The position numbers were made by a program, and so were the translations under genes. This document shows, piece by piece, positions 23,938 to 35,450 of a DNA stretch of 43,802 nt (position 1 is the stretch's first letter; each line of letters begins with the position of its first letter). Source of the DNA: Chiloscyllium plagiosum (lineage: Eukaryota). The notes beneath the pieces are model-generated. The model worked only from the letters and a program-made list of their open reading frames with translations, was not told where the DNA came from and ran no database searches. The stretch covers positions 16,032,902-16,076,703 of the forward strand of contig NC_057720.1 in NCBI RefSeq assembly GCF_004010195.1, written 5' to 3'.

Positions 23938-25260
23938 CATAGCTCTTTCAGTGACTAAGAGTTTCCTGGATATAAGAAGTCACTTTGGGAGTTTTACAGA
24001 ACGTGAACAAGACAACGCTTTTGGAATTGGCAGATAAGCTGGAGCTGGAGCTGCCTGTGTCTGCGAGGAAAGAGGAAATAATTGCAGCAATTGTTCTACA
24101 TTTACGATTGCCAGGAATGCAAACAGAATCATTGAAAATGACTAAAATCCAATTCCAAATTAAACAGCTTGAACATAAAAAGGAAATGAAACAGTTTGAA
24201 TTACAATTAAAAGTAGAGGAAAATTTGAAAAAATGAATAGCCCGGGCAGAAAAGGAAAGGAAAGCCCTCACAGTGGAAAGGAAAAAATTGAGAGCTTTTG
24301 AACTTCAGAAGTTAGAAATGAGAGAGAAATGGCAAAAGTAGAAAGTAGGAGTAGTGATAAGGACATTGATGAAAAGCAAGCCCAACCTAGCCAAACGTCA
24401 AGTGGGAATCTATTTAAATATGTCCAAGCATTACCAATGTTTGATGAGAAGGATGTAGAAGGCCTTTTCATTTCATTTGAGAAAGTGGCTAAACAAATGA
24501 AATGGCTGGTGACCATATGGGTATTGTTGATGCAAAGAAAAATTGGAAGGTAGAGCTAGTGAAGTATTATATCATTATCAGAGGAGGTTTCTGGGGAGTA
24601 TGAGAAGGTGAAAAAAGCCATCTTGAGTGCATACGAACTAATGCCAGAAAACTACAAATAACATTTTAGGTGTTTCAGGAGAGAACCTGGTCAAACACAC
24701 GCAGAATTTGAAGAAATAAAACAAAATAACTTTGATAGCTGGATAAGGGCATTGAAATTAGATCAGACATGTGATAATCTTAGAGAGACTATTGTTTTGG
24801 AGGAGTTCAAAAATTCACTTCTTAAAGTAGTGAGAACTTACTTGGAAGAGCAGAGAGTTAAAAGTGCCAGATTAGCAGCAGAAATGGCAGATCATTGTGA
24901 GTTAGTTCATAAATCAAAGTTTGGTTTCTGACATCACTTTCAATCTGTGAGGGATAGAAATTGGGGAAAAGAGAAAACCTCAGATAGTAAAGAAAAAAAA
25001 AGATCTCATTGAAGATAGTCAAAAAGTGTGGTTTTGGAAAAGCACAGCCAGTCAGACAGCATCTGAGGAGCAGGAGAATCAACATTTCAATCAAAAGCTC
25101 TTTATCAGGAATCTTAGTAAAGATAGGGGTAAAAAGGGAAACCTATGAGGGAGAAAGAAAAGTAAAAAATCTGAGGTATTTTCACTGTGACAAAGTAAGA
25201 TACATCAAGTCACAGTTTTGGTGGTTTAGAAAAAGTACTAGGAAGACAGGATAAGCCAAT
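23938..25260 (+). pseudogene. gag: Gmr1-like Gypsy gag (coiled coil, SCAN-like capsid domain, decayed zinc knuckle)
   Basis: LLELADKLEL..ARKEEII; LPMFDEKDVEGLFISFEKVAKQMKW; YEKVKKAILSAYEL.PE.Y..FR; FDSWIRAL..LRETIVLEEFKNSL..VRTYLEE..AAEMAD; YFHCDKVRYIKSQFW. Contains frameshifts and stops. Confidence 0.88.
25019..25110 (-). mobile_element. Short PLE pLTR insertion in gag
   Basis: AAAAGTGTGGTTTTGGAAAAGCACAGC...TTTATCAGGA. Imperfect 16-bp TSD ATCT(c/t)A(t/g)T(g/a)AAGATAG at 25003-25018 and 25111-25126. Confidence 0.8.
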
Positions 25261-25339
25261 GGGGTTTATTAAAGTGGTAAAAGAGATCCCAGTGGAAAGT
25301 AAACAGCTGCAAAAGAATATATAGCCTGGTCAGGGGTTG

Positions 25340-25875
25340 ATTATAAAGAGACTACCAGATCTCTTTAAAGAATTTACCTGTGTGTAAGGTTTATTCACCT
25401 ATACCAGGAGAAGTAAGTAAAGAAATTAAAATTTTAAGAGATTCAACATCAAGTCAAACTTTGAAAGTGAGAAATGAAGACATATGCACGTTAGAAGGAG
25501 TATTACCAGAAAAGGTGATAATATGTGGAATTCGTGGTAAGAATGTTCCGTTGTATAAAGTGAGGTTGGAGAGCCTGATGAAAAGTGGTGAAGTGGTGGT
25601 AGGAGTATGAGGGAAATTCTCTGTTCCAGAGATACAGTTTATCCTGGGGAATGATACAGCTGTATCACAGGTGGAAGTGATGTCTACTGTGGCTAAAAAG
25701 CCAATGGAAAATCAGACAACTGAGGTGTTACAGGAAGTATACCCTGGGATTATTCTTGACTGTGTGGTAACAAGGGCACAAAGCCACGGGTTGAAACAGG
25801 AGGAGAAATCAAAGAATAAAGGTAAGGAAGTTGAAAGTCAATTCTCAGAAACGATGTTTAATCAAATGAAATGAG
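25340..25875 (+). pseudogene. Gypsy aspartic protease region
   Basis: IKILRDSTSSQTL (decayed ILRDTGASQSL), VPLYKVRLES..GEVVVGV, FILGND, CVVTRAQ. Confidence 0.8.
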
Positions 25876-25899
25876 CAGGTAGAGTTATTACATTCTTAT

Positions 25900-26201
25900 G
25901 GAAAGATATATGGGAATAAACTGGGAAGGCCTAACATGATCACGCATGATGCAATTATAGGAAATGCTGTTCCAATTAAGCAACATCCTTAGAAACTTAA
26001 CCCACTAAAGTTGGCACAGGTTCAAAAAGAGATTGAAACAATATAATTGAAGTGAATTCAGTAAATGAAACTCATCCATAGTAATGGTGACAAAACCAGA
26101 TGGTACCCAACATTTATGCGTTGATTATCATAAAGTCAATGCATTTATGAAATATGATTCATATCCTAATTGCATTGAGAAGTTGGGATAAACAACTTAT
26201 A
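25900..26201 (+). pseudogene. pol: Gypsy reverse transcriptase, N-terminal part
   Basis: AVPIKQHP*KLNPLKLAQVQKEIE..PIVMVTKPDGTQHLCVDYHKVNA..DSYP..CIEKLG. Confidence 0.9.
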
Positions 26202-28811
26202 AGACCACAAGACATATGAGTGGAAGTAAGGTCATTGAGCCGATCGAGTCCACTCCGCCATTTAATCATGGCTGATGGACATTTCAAGTCCACTTATCCA
26301 CACTCTCCCCTTATCCCTTAATTCCCTGCGAGATCAAGAATTTATCAATCTCTGCCTTGAAGGCATTTAACGTCCCGGCCTCCACTGCTCTCTGTGGCAA
26401 TGAATTCCACAGGCCCACCACTCTCTGGCTGAAGAAATGTCTCCTCATTTCTGTTCTAAATTGAACCCCCTTTAATTCTAAGGCTGTTCCCACAGGTCCT
26501 AGTCTCCCTTCCTAACAGAAACAAATTCCCAGCATCCACTCTTTCTAAGCCATGCATTATCTTGTAAGTTTCTATTAGATCTCCCCTCAACCTTCTAAAC
26601 TCCAATGAATACAATCCCAGGATTGTCAGCTGTTCATTATATGTTAGGCCTACCATTCCGGGGATCATCCGTGTGAATCTCCGCTGGACACGTTCCAGTG
26701 CCAGTATGTCCTTCCTGAGTTGTGGGGCCCAAAATTGGACAGCATTCCAAATGGGACCTAACTAGAGCTTTACAAAGTCTCAGAAGCACATCGCTGCTTT
26801 TATATTCCAACCCTCTTGACATAAATGACAACATTACATTCACTTCCTTAATAACAGACTTAATCTGCAAGTCAACCTTTCGAGAATCCTGGACTAGCTC
26901 TCCCAGATTCATTTGTACTTTGGCATTATGAATTTTCTCACCATTTAGAAAATAGTCCATCCCCGTATTCTTTTTTCCAAAGTGCAAGACCTCACATTTG
27001 CTCACGTTGAAATTCATCAGTCATTTCATGGACCACTCCCCTAAACTGTCTAAATCTTTCTGCAGCCTCCCCACCTCCTCAGTACTACCTGCCTGTCCAC
27101 CTAACTTCGCAAAATCGGCGAACTTCGCCAGAATGCCCCCAGTCCCTTCATCCAGATCGTAAATATATAAAGTGAACAGCTGCAGTCCCAACACTGAACC
27201 CTGCCAGACATCATTTGTCACCAGCTGCCATTTTGAAAAATAACCTTTCATCCCAACTCTCTGCCTTCTGTCAGACAGCCAATCCTCAATCCATGCCAGT
27301 AGCTCACCTCAAACTCCATGGGCCTCAGCAGCTTCCTTGTGAGGCATCTTATCAAAGACCTTTTGGAAGTCTAGATAGATAACATCCAATGGGTTTCCCT
27401 TATCTAATCTACTTGTTACTTCTTCAAAGAATTCTAACATGTTTCCCAGGCACAACTTCCCCTTAGTAAATCCATGCTGACTTGTTCTAATCCAACCCTG
27501 CACTTCCAAGAATTTAGAAATGTCATCCTTAACAATGGATTCTAGAACTTTACCAACAGCCAAGGTTAGACTAATCAGCATGTAATTTTCCATCTTTTGT
27601 CTTGATCCTTTCTTGAACAAGCGGGTTACAACAGCGATATTACAATCATCTGGGACTTTCCCTGACACCAGTGACTTTTGAAAGATCACAACCAACGCCT
27701 CTGTGATTTGCTCAGCCACCTTTCTCAGAACTCTAGGACATAGTCCATTGGGGACAGGAGATTTATCAATTTTTAGACCTTTTAGCTTTTCTAGCACTTT
27801 CTCTTTTGTAATGGCTACCATACTCAACTCTGCCCCCTGACTCCCTTTAATTGTTGGGATATTACTCATGTCTTCCACTGTGAAGACTGATGCAAAGTAC
27901 TTATTAAGTTCTTCAGCTATTTCCTTATCTCCCATCACTAGACTTCCATCATCAATCTGGAGCAGCTCAATGTCTACTTTTGCCTCTTGTTTGTTTCTTA
28001 CATATTTAAAGAAACCTTCTTGGCCCTGACCACTGTTGGAGGTCTGTACATAACTCCCATTGTGGTTTTTATGCTTTTGCAGTTCCTTAACTCCACCCAC
28101 ACAGACTCCACATCATCTGACTCTATGTCATTCAGTGGCATAGATTTAATTTCATTCTTAACTAACAAGGCAACCCCGCCCCTCCGCCCATCTTCCTGTC
28201 TTTTCAATAAGTTGTAAATCCTTGGATGTTCAACTGCCAGTCCTGAACCCCCTGCAACCACATCTCTGTGATGCCTATCACATCATAATCATTCATGATG
28301 ATTTGTGCTGTTAATTCATCTACTTTGTTATGAATACTACGAGCATTCAGGTAAAGTGCCTTATTGCTAATTTTCTTATCATCATGATTTCCAACATCTC
28401 TAGTATTATGTCCTAAGCTATCCTTCCTTTTTGCTTTATTCCTTGTCTGCCTTGAACTTAAACTCTACACACCTGCTAACCTGCTGCTTATCTTTCTACT
28501 TGACTCCATACTCCCTGTCGCTTCCCCTTCTCCCCACCCCACCGTCGACTCTCAAGTTTAAAGTCCCAGTGACCACCCTATTTATCCTTTTTGCCAGAAC
28601 ACTGGTTCCAGATCGGTTCAGGTGGAGACCGTACCATTGGTACAGATCCCCGCCGGTTCCAAAACTGATGCCAATGTCCCCTGAAATGGAATCCCTCTTC
28701 CCCAAAGCAATCTCTTAGCCACATGTTTACTTCCCTAATGTTCATATCCCTATGCCAATTAGCACATGGCTCGGGCAGTAATCCAGAGATTATGACCCAT
28801 GAGGACCTGTT
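26202..28811 (-). mobile_element. CR1 LINE, 2.6 kb, 5'-truncated: ORF1 esterase end, partly deleted APE, RT, 3' tail; inserted in the Gypsy RT
   Basis: ORF1 VIISGLLP..W..DLY..GLHLNRSGT; APE GGGVALLVK..ESVWVEL; RT LDVIYLDFQKVFD, QGSVLG, AKFAD, LEFRRLRGDLIETYKI. CTTATA duplicated at 26196-26201 and 28812-28817. Confidence 0.95.
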
Positions 28812-29178
28812 CTTATATTTCAAAGCTGGACTTGCTCAAAGGATACTGTCTGGTACCTTTATCTGCAAGAATGAATGAAAAATTGTGGCACCGAATGGAC
28901 TGTACAAGTTTAAAGCTATGACACTTGGTGTGAAAAATGCAACAGCTAAATTTCAAAGACTAATCAATAAAGACATTTCTGGATTACCCAATTGTGTGGT
29001 GTACATAGGCGATCTGATGATTCTTATGATGTGGAGGTGCCAGTGTTAGACAAGGTCAAAAGTCACCCGACACAAGGTTATAGTCAAACAGGTATATTTA
29101 AAAACCCAAGCATTCGGAGTGCTGCTCCTTCCTCAGATGAAATGACTTTTGACCTGATGATTTTTAGTCACACATCCA
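28812..29178 (+). pseudogene. pol: Gypsy RT continuation up to the YxDD motif
   Basis: Rejoins 26201 as TTYISKLDLLKGY..VPL..PNGLYKFKAMTLGVKNATAKFQRLIN..VVYIGDLMI|FSHT. Confidence 0.9.
29027..29150 (-). mobile_element. PLE 3' end of another family, with decayed hammerhead (29108-29136)
   Basis: Minus strand CTGAGGA-A-GGAG-CAGCA-CTCC-GAAT-GCTT. TSD GA(t/c)CTGATGATT(c/t)TTA at 29011-29026 and 29151-29166. Confidence 0.75.
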
Positions 29179-29486
29179 AGTCACATCATTGGACATAGAC
29201 ATGAATGGATGTATGTATTCATTCATTGAGCCGGTACCTGCATGGGACGAGATGAGTGCAGCCAATGGTGGACTGCATCACCAGAATGCACCTAGCTGCG
29301 AAAACAAACGATTGCTATGGCTTAGGCTTTCAGTCCAGGCCAATCAGATCTCAAGTGCTGGAACTTTGTACGGCAGGGTTGGGGGCACCATGTTCTTGTA
29401 TGTAAGCATACTGAGGACTGAGCTGACAACGAGCTAAGGCCTTTGCTGATGATAAAGGTCTAAAGCTGCAAGTTGAGAGTGGGGGG

Positions 29487-29882
29487 CTAACAAGGTCAGC
29501 CAGATGGACCTCATGCAATATGAGCTGGCCTTCAATCTGGTCCCTGGCTGACAGATAAGAATCAGCATGTCAGACATTCTGTTCACTATGAGGAAGCTGA
29601 ATAGTGTCAGTGACACTCCACGTGTAAATAAAGGGTGACTTGGTGACAAGATTTATCCTAGGTTGCTCCAGGAAGCAAGAAAGGAGGTCGCTAAGCCGCT
29701 GGCGACGATCTTTGCCTCCTCACTCTCCATGGGAGTCATACCGGTGGATTGGAGGGAGGCGAATGCTGTTCCTCTTTTCAAGAAGGGTAATAGGGAAATC
29801 CCTGGCAATTACAGACCAGTCAGTCTTACATCTGCGGTCAGCAAGGTTTTGGAAAGATACCAGCCTCTGTGGGGTTATTTCA
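29487..29882 (+). mobile_element. Short LTR interrupted by a CR1 fragment and preceded by a polypurine-tract-like run
   Basis: Collinear with 31062-31287. Contains AATAAA and ends TTATTTCA. GAGAGTGGGGGG at 29475-29486. Confidence 0.7.
29653..29853 (+). mobile_element. Internal CR1 ORF2 fragment
   Basis: YPRLLQEARKEVAKPLATIF..IPVDWREANAVPLFKKG..PGNYRPVSLTSAVSKVLE. Confidence 0.92.
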
Positions 29883-30347
29883 GGGGCCTCTGAAGGACGC
29901 TATTAAATTGCACCTTATTCAGCTCCACTCGCCCCGTGCCAGTACTTGTTCCCCACACAATCACTGATAAGGAAAGACGTAGCCAGACAATGTGTTGGCT
30001 GGTTCTCAAACATGCTTTAATCCTCGCATCTGATGGATTACATGAAATTGGGCAAGTCATGGTGATTGCCTAAAGCATTACAGGCCACAGACTGCTTTGC
30101 CTTTATGTCCCCTTTCCTTCATCCTGGTTTCTGTCCCTTCTGCTTGACATCAGTTGATCACATGTTCCGATGCCTTCACTGGCGTCCAAAAAGTGGCAGA
30201 ATGTTTGTCCTTATATTGTGACCCTCCCCTTTAACTTGCACAACCTCTTCAAATGTTTTGTTTCTCACCAACGTCCTCTCCCATCTCCTGAAAGCTCCCT
30301 TGATCCATTCAAGTCAGCATTTAGGCCAATTATTTATAAATATATGT

Positions 30348-30575
30348 CAGGCAGTACTCGTTTTAAAAATATCTGCCATACGAGTCCTTGTACTTATGAA
30401 TGAGATCCCATAAAGGGATGTATTAATATTAATTTTAAAGATCGAACATGTGAATATTTCCACGTACTTATGAACAGCTATTTAATATTGTACTGTATTG
30501 TGTTCCGACTTGCATACAGATTGATACGCAAACATACTCGAGAACAGAACCTATTCATAATCCGTGGACTACTTG
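30348..30575. mobile_element. Tigger/pogo-like MITE (decayed)
   Basis: Imperfect terminal inverted repeats CAGGCAGTACTCG / CGTGGACTACTTG, AT-rich interior, subterminal ACTTATGAA repeats. Confidence 0.55.
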
Positions 30576-31061
30576 GATAAGCTTGCACTGGACAATCACG
30601 TGCATCTCGTACCTTACATTCCATTGAGTTTACTGTAGTACCTAACTTTTTAAAACTGATTTACAACAGCAGTTGAGAATTGGAAGTAATATATTCAAAT
30701 CATCTGAGCCATTAGCAAATGCAACTTACAAAATATGATGCTTTTCCTACTAACTTCCTAAATGTGTGCATAATAAACAGAAATGTGAAATAAGATAAAC
30801 AGATAGACATTCCTGTGGTAGTGCCAACTTCACTGCTAACTTCATAAAAATGTTGGAATGCTCATCTTCCAACTAATTGCAATTTCAAATCCAAATGAGG
30901 ATGTTCAAATTACTTTAGACTGCATATAACAAGTTGTGACTGAGTTGTTCACCTACACATCTCTCTGGAGAGCTAGTATCTGAGTGTCGCACACCATCAG
31001 GATGTCCACTCGTTGGTAGTTACAATGTGGATGGTATTTGTTCCCAGGTGAGCGCAATGAA

Positions 31062-31287
31062 TGTAATGAGGTCAGCCAGGTGGACCTCATGGAATATGAG
31101 CTCCCCGATCAGGCTTGTTAACCTGGTCCAGTCAGGGAGCCCTGGCTGACAGATATAAACAGGAAGGTCAGAGGTTCTGTTCACTCTGAGAGCTGGCTCT
31201 GAGGGAGCTGGATCAGTGTCAATGACTCTCCCTGTGTAAATGAGGGGTGACTTGGTGACAGGATACTACCTCTGTGGAGTTATTTCA
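31062..31287 (+). mobile_element. Solo LTR, 226 bp
   Basis: TGTAAT...ATTTCA ends (TG..CA), TATA-like GATATAAA, homologous to 29487-29882 and 1-78. TSD not clean. Confidence 0.75.
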
Positions 31288-31631
31288 ATTAGCTTCTTTC
31301 TCATCATTGCTACAAATTATTCAGTTTGTAATTACATTCTCTACATTCTTTCCAGGGATTTGATTAAACTGTCTCCTAGTGTTGCTTTTTCACCCAACAC
31401 TGCAATAAATGGCACCCCTCATATTTTTTCTAATGTAGTGGAAACCAAAACACTTTGAGAGATTACATTTTTGATATTACGTTTTGATCCAGATTCTGAT
31501 TCCTTGCATTTGTAAAGAAAATGATAGAGGATTGCAATAAGCATGCTTTCACACTGGCGGGAATAGAATTCTTCCAACTTTGTTAATGTTCATTCCTAGG
31601 ATGGAGGTCTGACTCCCAAGGCCAGTGTTTA

Positions 31632-32124
31632 GATTAGAGTGGTGCTGGAAAAGCACAGCAGGAAAATCGACGTTTCGGGCAAAAACCCTTCATTAGGAAT
31701 AGAGGCAGGGAACCTCTAGGGTGGAAAGATAAATGGGGGTGTGTGGCTGGGGAGAAGGTAGCAAAGAGTACAATAAGTGAATGGGGGTGAGGACGGAGGT
31801 GATAGGTCAGACAGGAGGGTGGGGGAAGGTAGCAATGAGTTCAATAGGTGAATGGGGGTGGGGTTGGAGGTGACAGATCAGAGGGGAGGGTGGAGCAGAT
31901 AGGTGGGAAGGGAGATTGGCAGGTAGGGCAGGTCATGAGGACAGTACTGAGCTGGAAGGATGGAACTGGGGTAAGGTGGGGGCAGGGGAAATGAGGAAAC
32001 TGGTGAAGAGGAGAACTTCTTCAAGGTAGGCATCCTTGCAAAAGGATTCACAGTAAGGTTAAAATCAACAAGGCAAAATTGAGGACTGCAGATGCTGGAA
32101 ACTAGAATTTAGATTAGAGTGGTG
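31632..32124 (-). mobile_element. Permuted, internally deleted PLE insertion within a family-B-type tail
   Basis: 23-bp flanking duplication CTGACTCCCAAGGCCAGTGTTTA (31609-31631, 32125-32147). Terminal direct repeat TTTAGATTAGAGTGGTGCTG. Hammerhead variant CTAATGA-A-GGGT-TTTT-GCCC-GAAAC-GTC. Confidence 0.85.
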
Positions 32125-32397
32125 CTGACTCCCAAGGCCAGTGTTTATTGTCCATCTCTAGATTCCCGAAGAAGATGGTTTTGAGTACAAATTATGTGTT
32201 AAGTGTTTATCTGAATTCCGATGTGGGCAACAATGGGGATTCACTTTTATTCTTAAAAACAGAAGAGAGTCAACTTGTGGGTTTGGAGGGGAATGTTTGC
32301 AATGTATACCTCCATAAATGTTAATAAGTGTGCAATGATTAGACTCCAGTTCTAATCTACAAACTGAGAGATGGGATGGGGGAACAATATGCAACAA

Positions 32398-32815
32398 CAC
32401 CTAGGTATCCTTGTACACCAGTCACTGAAAGGAAGTATGCAGGTGGAGCAGTAGTAAAGACAGCAAATGGTATGTTGGCCTCCATTGTAAAAGGATTTGA
32501 GTACAGGAGCAGGTGATGTCTTACTACAAGGAATCAGGGCCTTGGTTAGACCATACTTGGAATACTGATTACAGTTTTGGTTTCTTTATCTGAGGAAAGA
32601 TCTTCTTGCTATAAATGCTGCATTGCAAAGGTTTACCAAATTGATTCCTGGGATGGTGAGACTGACATATGAGGTAAAATTGAATCAGTTAGTATTATGT
32701 TCGTTGGAGTTCAGAGAAATGAGGAGGAGGATCTCATAGAAAACTATAAAGTTCAAACAGGACGAGACAGTGTAAATGCAGGAAGGATGTTCCCAATGGC
32801 AGGGGAGTCCAGACC
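32398..32815 (+). mobile_element. CR1 ORF2 fragment, continuing at about 34495-34790
   Basis: LGILVHQSLK..ANGMLA..ALVRPYLEY..QFW..DLIE.YK. Confidence 0.85.
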
Positions 32816-34095
32816 ATAGAACATAAAACATGGAACAATACAGCACAGTACAGGCCCTTCGGCCCTCGATGTTGCACCAACATGTGAAACTGATCTGAAG
32901 CCCATCTTACCTACACTATTCCATTATCATCCATATACTTATCCGATGACCATTTAAATGTCCTTAAAGTTGGTGAGTCTACTACTGTCACAGGCAGGGC
33001 ATTCTACACCCTTACTACTTTCTAAGTGAAGAATCTACCTCTAACATCTTTCCTATTTCTAACACTCCTCAATTTAAAGCTATGTCCCCTCATGCTAGCC
33101 ATCACCATCCAAGGAAAAAGGCTCTCACTGTCTATCCTATCTAACCCTCTGATCATTTGTATGTCACCTTTCAAGCTTCTTCTCTCTAATGAAAACAAAT
33201 CCCTCAGCCTTTCTTCAGAAGACCTTCCCTCCATACCAGACAACATTCTGATAAATCTCCTTTCTATCCTTTCCAATGCTTCCATGGCCTTCCTATAACT
33301 CGGCAACCAAGTACAGCCACACCAGAGTTTTGTACAGCTGCAACATGGCCTCATGACTCTGAAACTCAATCCCTTTACCAATAAAAACCAACACACCATA
33401 TGCCTTCTTATTAACCCTATCAACCTGGGTGGCAACTTTCAGGGATCTATGCACATGGACACCAAGATCTCTTTGCTCATCCATATTACTAAGAATCTTA
33501 CCATTAGCCCAGTACTCTGCATTCCTGTTACTCTTCCAAAGTGAGTCACCTCACACTATTCTGCATTAAACTCCATTTTGCCACCTGTAAGCCCAGCTCT
33601 GATCTATGTCCCTCTGTAATCTGCAACATCCTTCAGCACGAAGCACAACTCTACCGACCTTAGGGTCATCTGAAAATTACTAATCTACATCCTCATCCAG
33701 ATCATTTATAAAAATGGCAAACAGCAGTGACCCCAAAACAGATCCTTGCAGTACAACAATAGTAATTGAACTCCAGGATGAACATTTCCCATCAACCGCC
33801 ATTCTCTGTCTTCTTTCATCTAGCCAATTTCTGATCCAAACCGCTAAATCACTCTCAAGCCCAGGCCTCTGTATTTTGTGCAATAGCCTACTGTGGGGAA
33901 TCCTATCAAACACTTTACTGAAATCCATATACACCACATTAACCACTTTACCCTCACCCACCTGTTTGGTCACCTTCTCAAAGAACTCAACACTTTGAGG
34001 CATGACCTACTCTTCCCAAAACCGTGTTGAATATCCTTAATCAAATTATTCCTTTCTTGATGATTATAAATCCGATCTCTTATAATTCTTTCCAA
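32816..34095 (-). mobile_element. CR1 RT and 3' tail
   Basis: ORFs VVYMDFSKVFD..QGSVLGSLLFAIFINDLD and LFSLERRSL..DVRGRFFT. CATAGAA-type tail at 32816-32835. Confidence 0.93.
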
Positions 34096-34097
34096 CT

Positions 34098-34458
34098 CTT
34101 TATAAAATCATGAAGGGCATGGATAGGGTAAATAGACAAGGTCTTTTCCCTGGGGTGGGGGAATCCAGAACTAGAGAGCATGGTTTAGGGTGAGAAGGGA
34201 AAAATTTAAAGTGACTTAAGCGGCAACTTTTTCATGCAGAAGATGTTGCACATATGGAATGAGTTGCCAGAGGAAGTGGTGGAGGCTGGTACAATTGTAA
34301 CATTTAAAAGACATCTGGGTGGGTATATTAATAGGAAGGGTTTAGAAGTATATGGGCCAGGTGATGGCAGGTGGGACTAGATTAGGCTGGGATATCTGGT
34401 TGGCATGGATGAGTTGGACTGAAGGGTCTGTTTCTGTGGTGTATGTCTCTGTGACTTT
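34098..34458 (+). mobile_element. CR1 3' end (different subfamily)
   Basis: YKIMKGMDRVNRQGLFP..WNELPEEVVEAGTIVTFKRHL; tail GAAGGGTCTGTTTCTGTGGTGTATGTCTCTGTGAC. Confidence 0.92.
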
Positions 34459-34494
34459 ATCACTTTGCCCACAACTGAAGTAAGGCTCACTGGT

Positions 34495-34790
34495 CCAGGA
34501 ATCACAATCTAAGGATATGGGCAAACCATTTAGGACTGAGATGATGAGTAATGTTTTCACCCAGAGATTGGTGAGCCTGTGGAGATTGGCACCATGGAAA
34601 ACAGTCGAGGCTAAAACATTGTATGATTTTAAGAAAGAGTTGAATGTGGCACTTAGGGCCAAAGGGATCAAAATATATGGGGGAAAGCAGGAAGAGGCTA
34701 TTGAGTTGAATAATCAGGTATGAACACAATGATTGGAAAAGCAGACTTGAACAGCCAAATGGTCTCCTCCTACTCTTATTTTCCCTGGCT
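34495..34790 (+). mobile_element. CR1 3' end
   Basis: ORF GKPFRTEMMSNVFTQRLVSLW..FKKELNVAL; tail GCCAAATGGTCTCCTCCTACTC. Confidence 0.88.
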
Positions 34791-35279
34791 CTATCCTTCA
34801 CTACCTGGTAATCTGGAATAGAACGGTGAGCTGCCTTCTTCAGCTATTTCACACTGTCAGGCAAAAGCACTCCTAAAGTGTTGTTTCCTAGTAATGAAGG
34901 AAAAGTAGAATCCACAGTGCTTGGAAGTAGGGACAAGTCCCACTCTGGGGAGATTCAAGAACATCTTGCAGGGTCCAGGTGAATATACTGACTCATATGG
35001 CCCACAACAATTTTGTGGAAAAGGTAAATTGGAATACAATGGTACTTAACTTGCCCTCTTTTGGAACCTGCTGGTTGTTGTAAGCTCCTCCTAGCTTAAA
35101 TTGCCATGTGCCAACCTACTTTTTGTAAATGCTATAACATTAGCATTCCAGGAAATTTGCACGCTCAACAAGTCTACTGTCCAGGATCTAGGGTTCATCC
35201 CATGTCAGCTCTAGGATGTGCCAATATGTTGGAGAGAAAGCACAAACACAACAAAACCAAATCTCACCATCTTTAAAAG

Positions 35280-35450
35280 AACTAAATTCCTGAAGGTGCT
35301 GGAGATCTGAAATAAAAGGCAGAAAGTGCTGGAGAATCTCAGCAAGTCTGGCAGCATCTGTGGAGAGAGAAACAGAGTTAACATTTCAATTCTGATATAA
35401 CCCTACTTTAGAATTCAGAGACTCAGAATGTTAACTTTGTTTCTCTCTAA
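35280..35450. mobile_element. Older fold-back PLE-derived element (different subfamily)
   Basis: GCTGGAGATCTGAAATAAAAGGCAGAAAGTGCTGGAGAATCTCAGCAAGTCTGGCAGCATC. Inverted arms AGAGAGAAACAGAGTTAACATT / AATGTTAACTTTGTTTCTCTCT. Confidence 0.7.
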
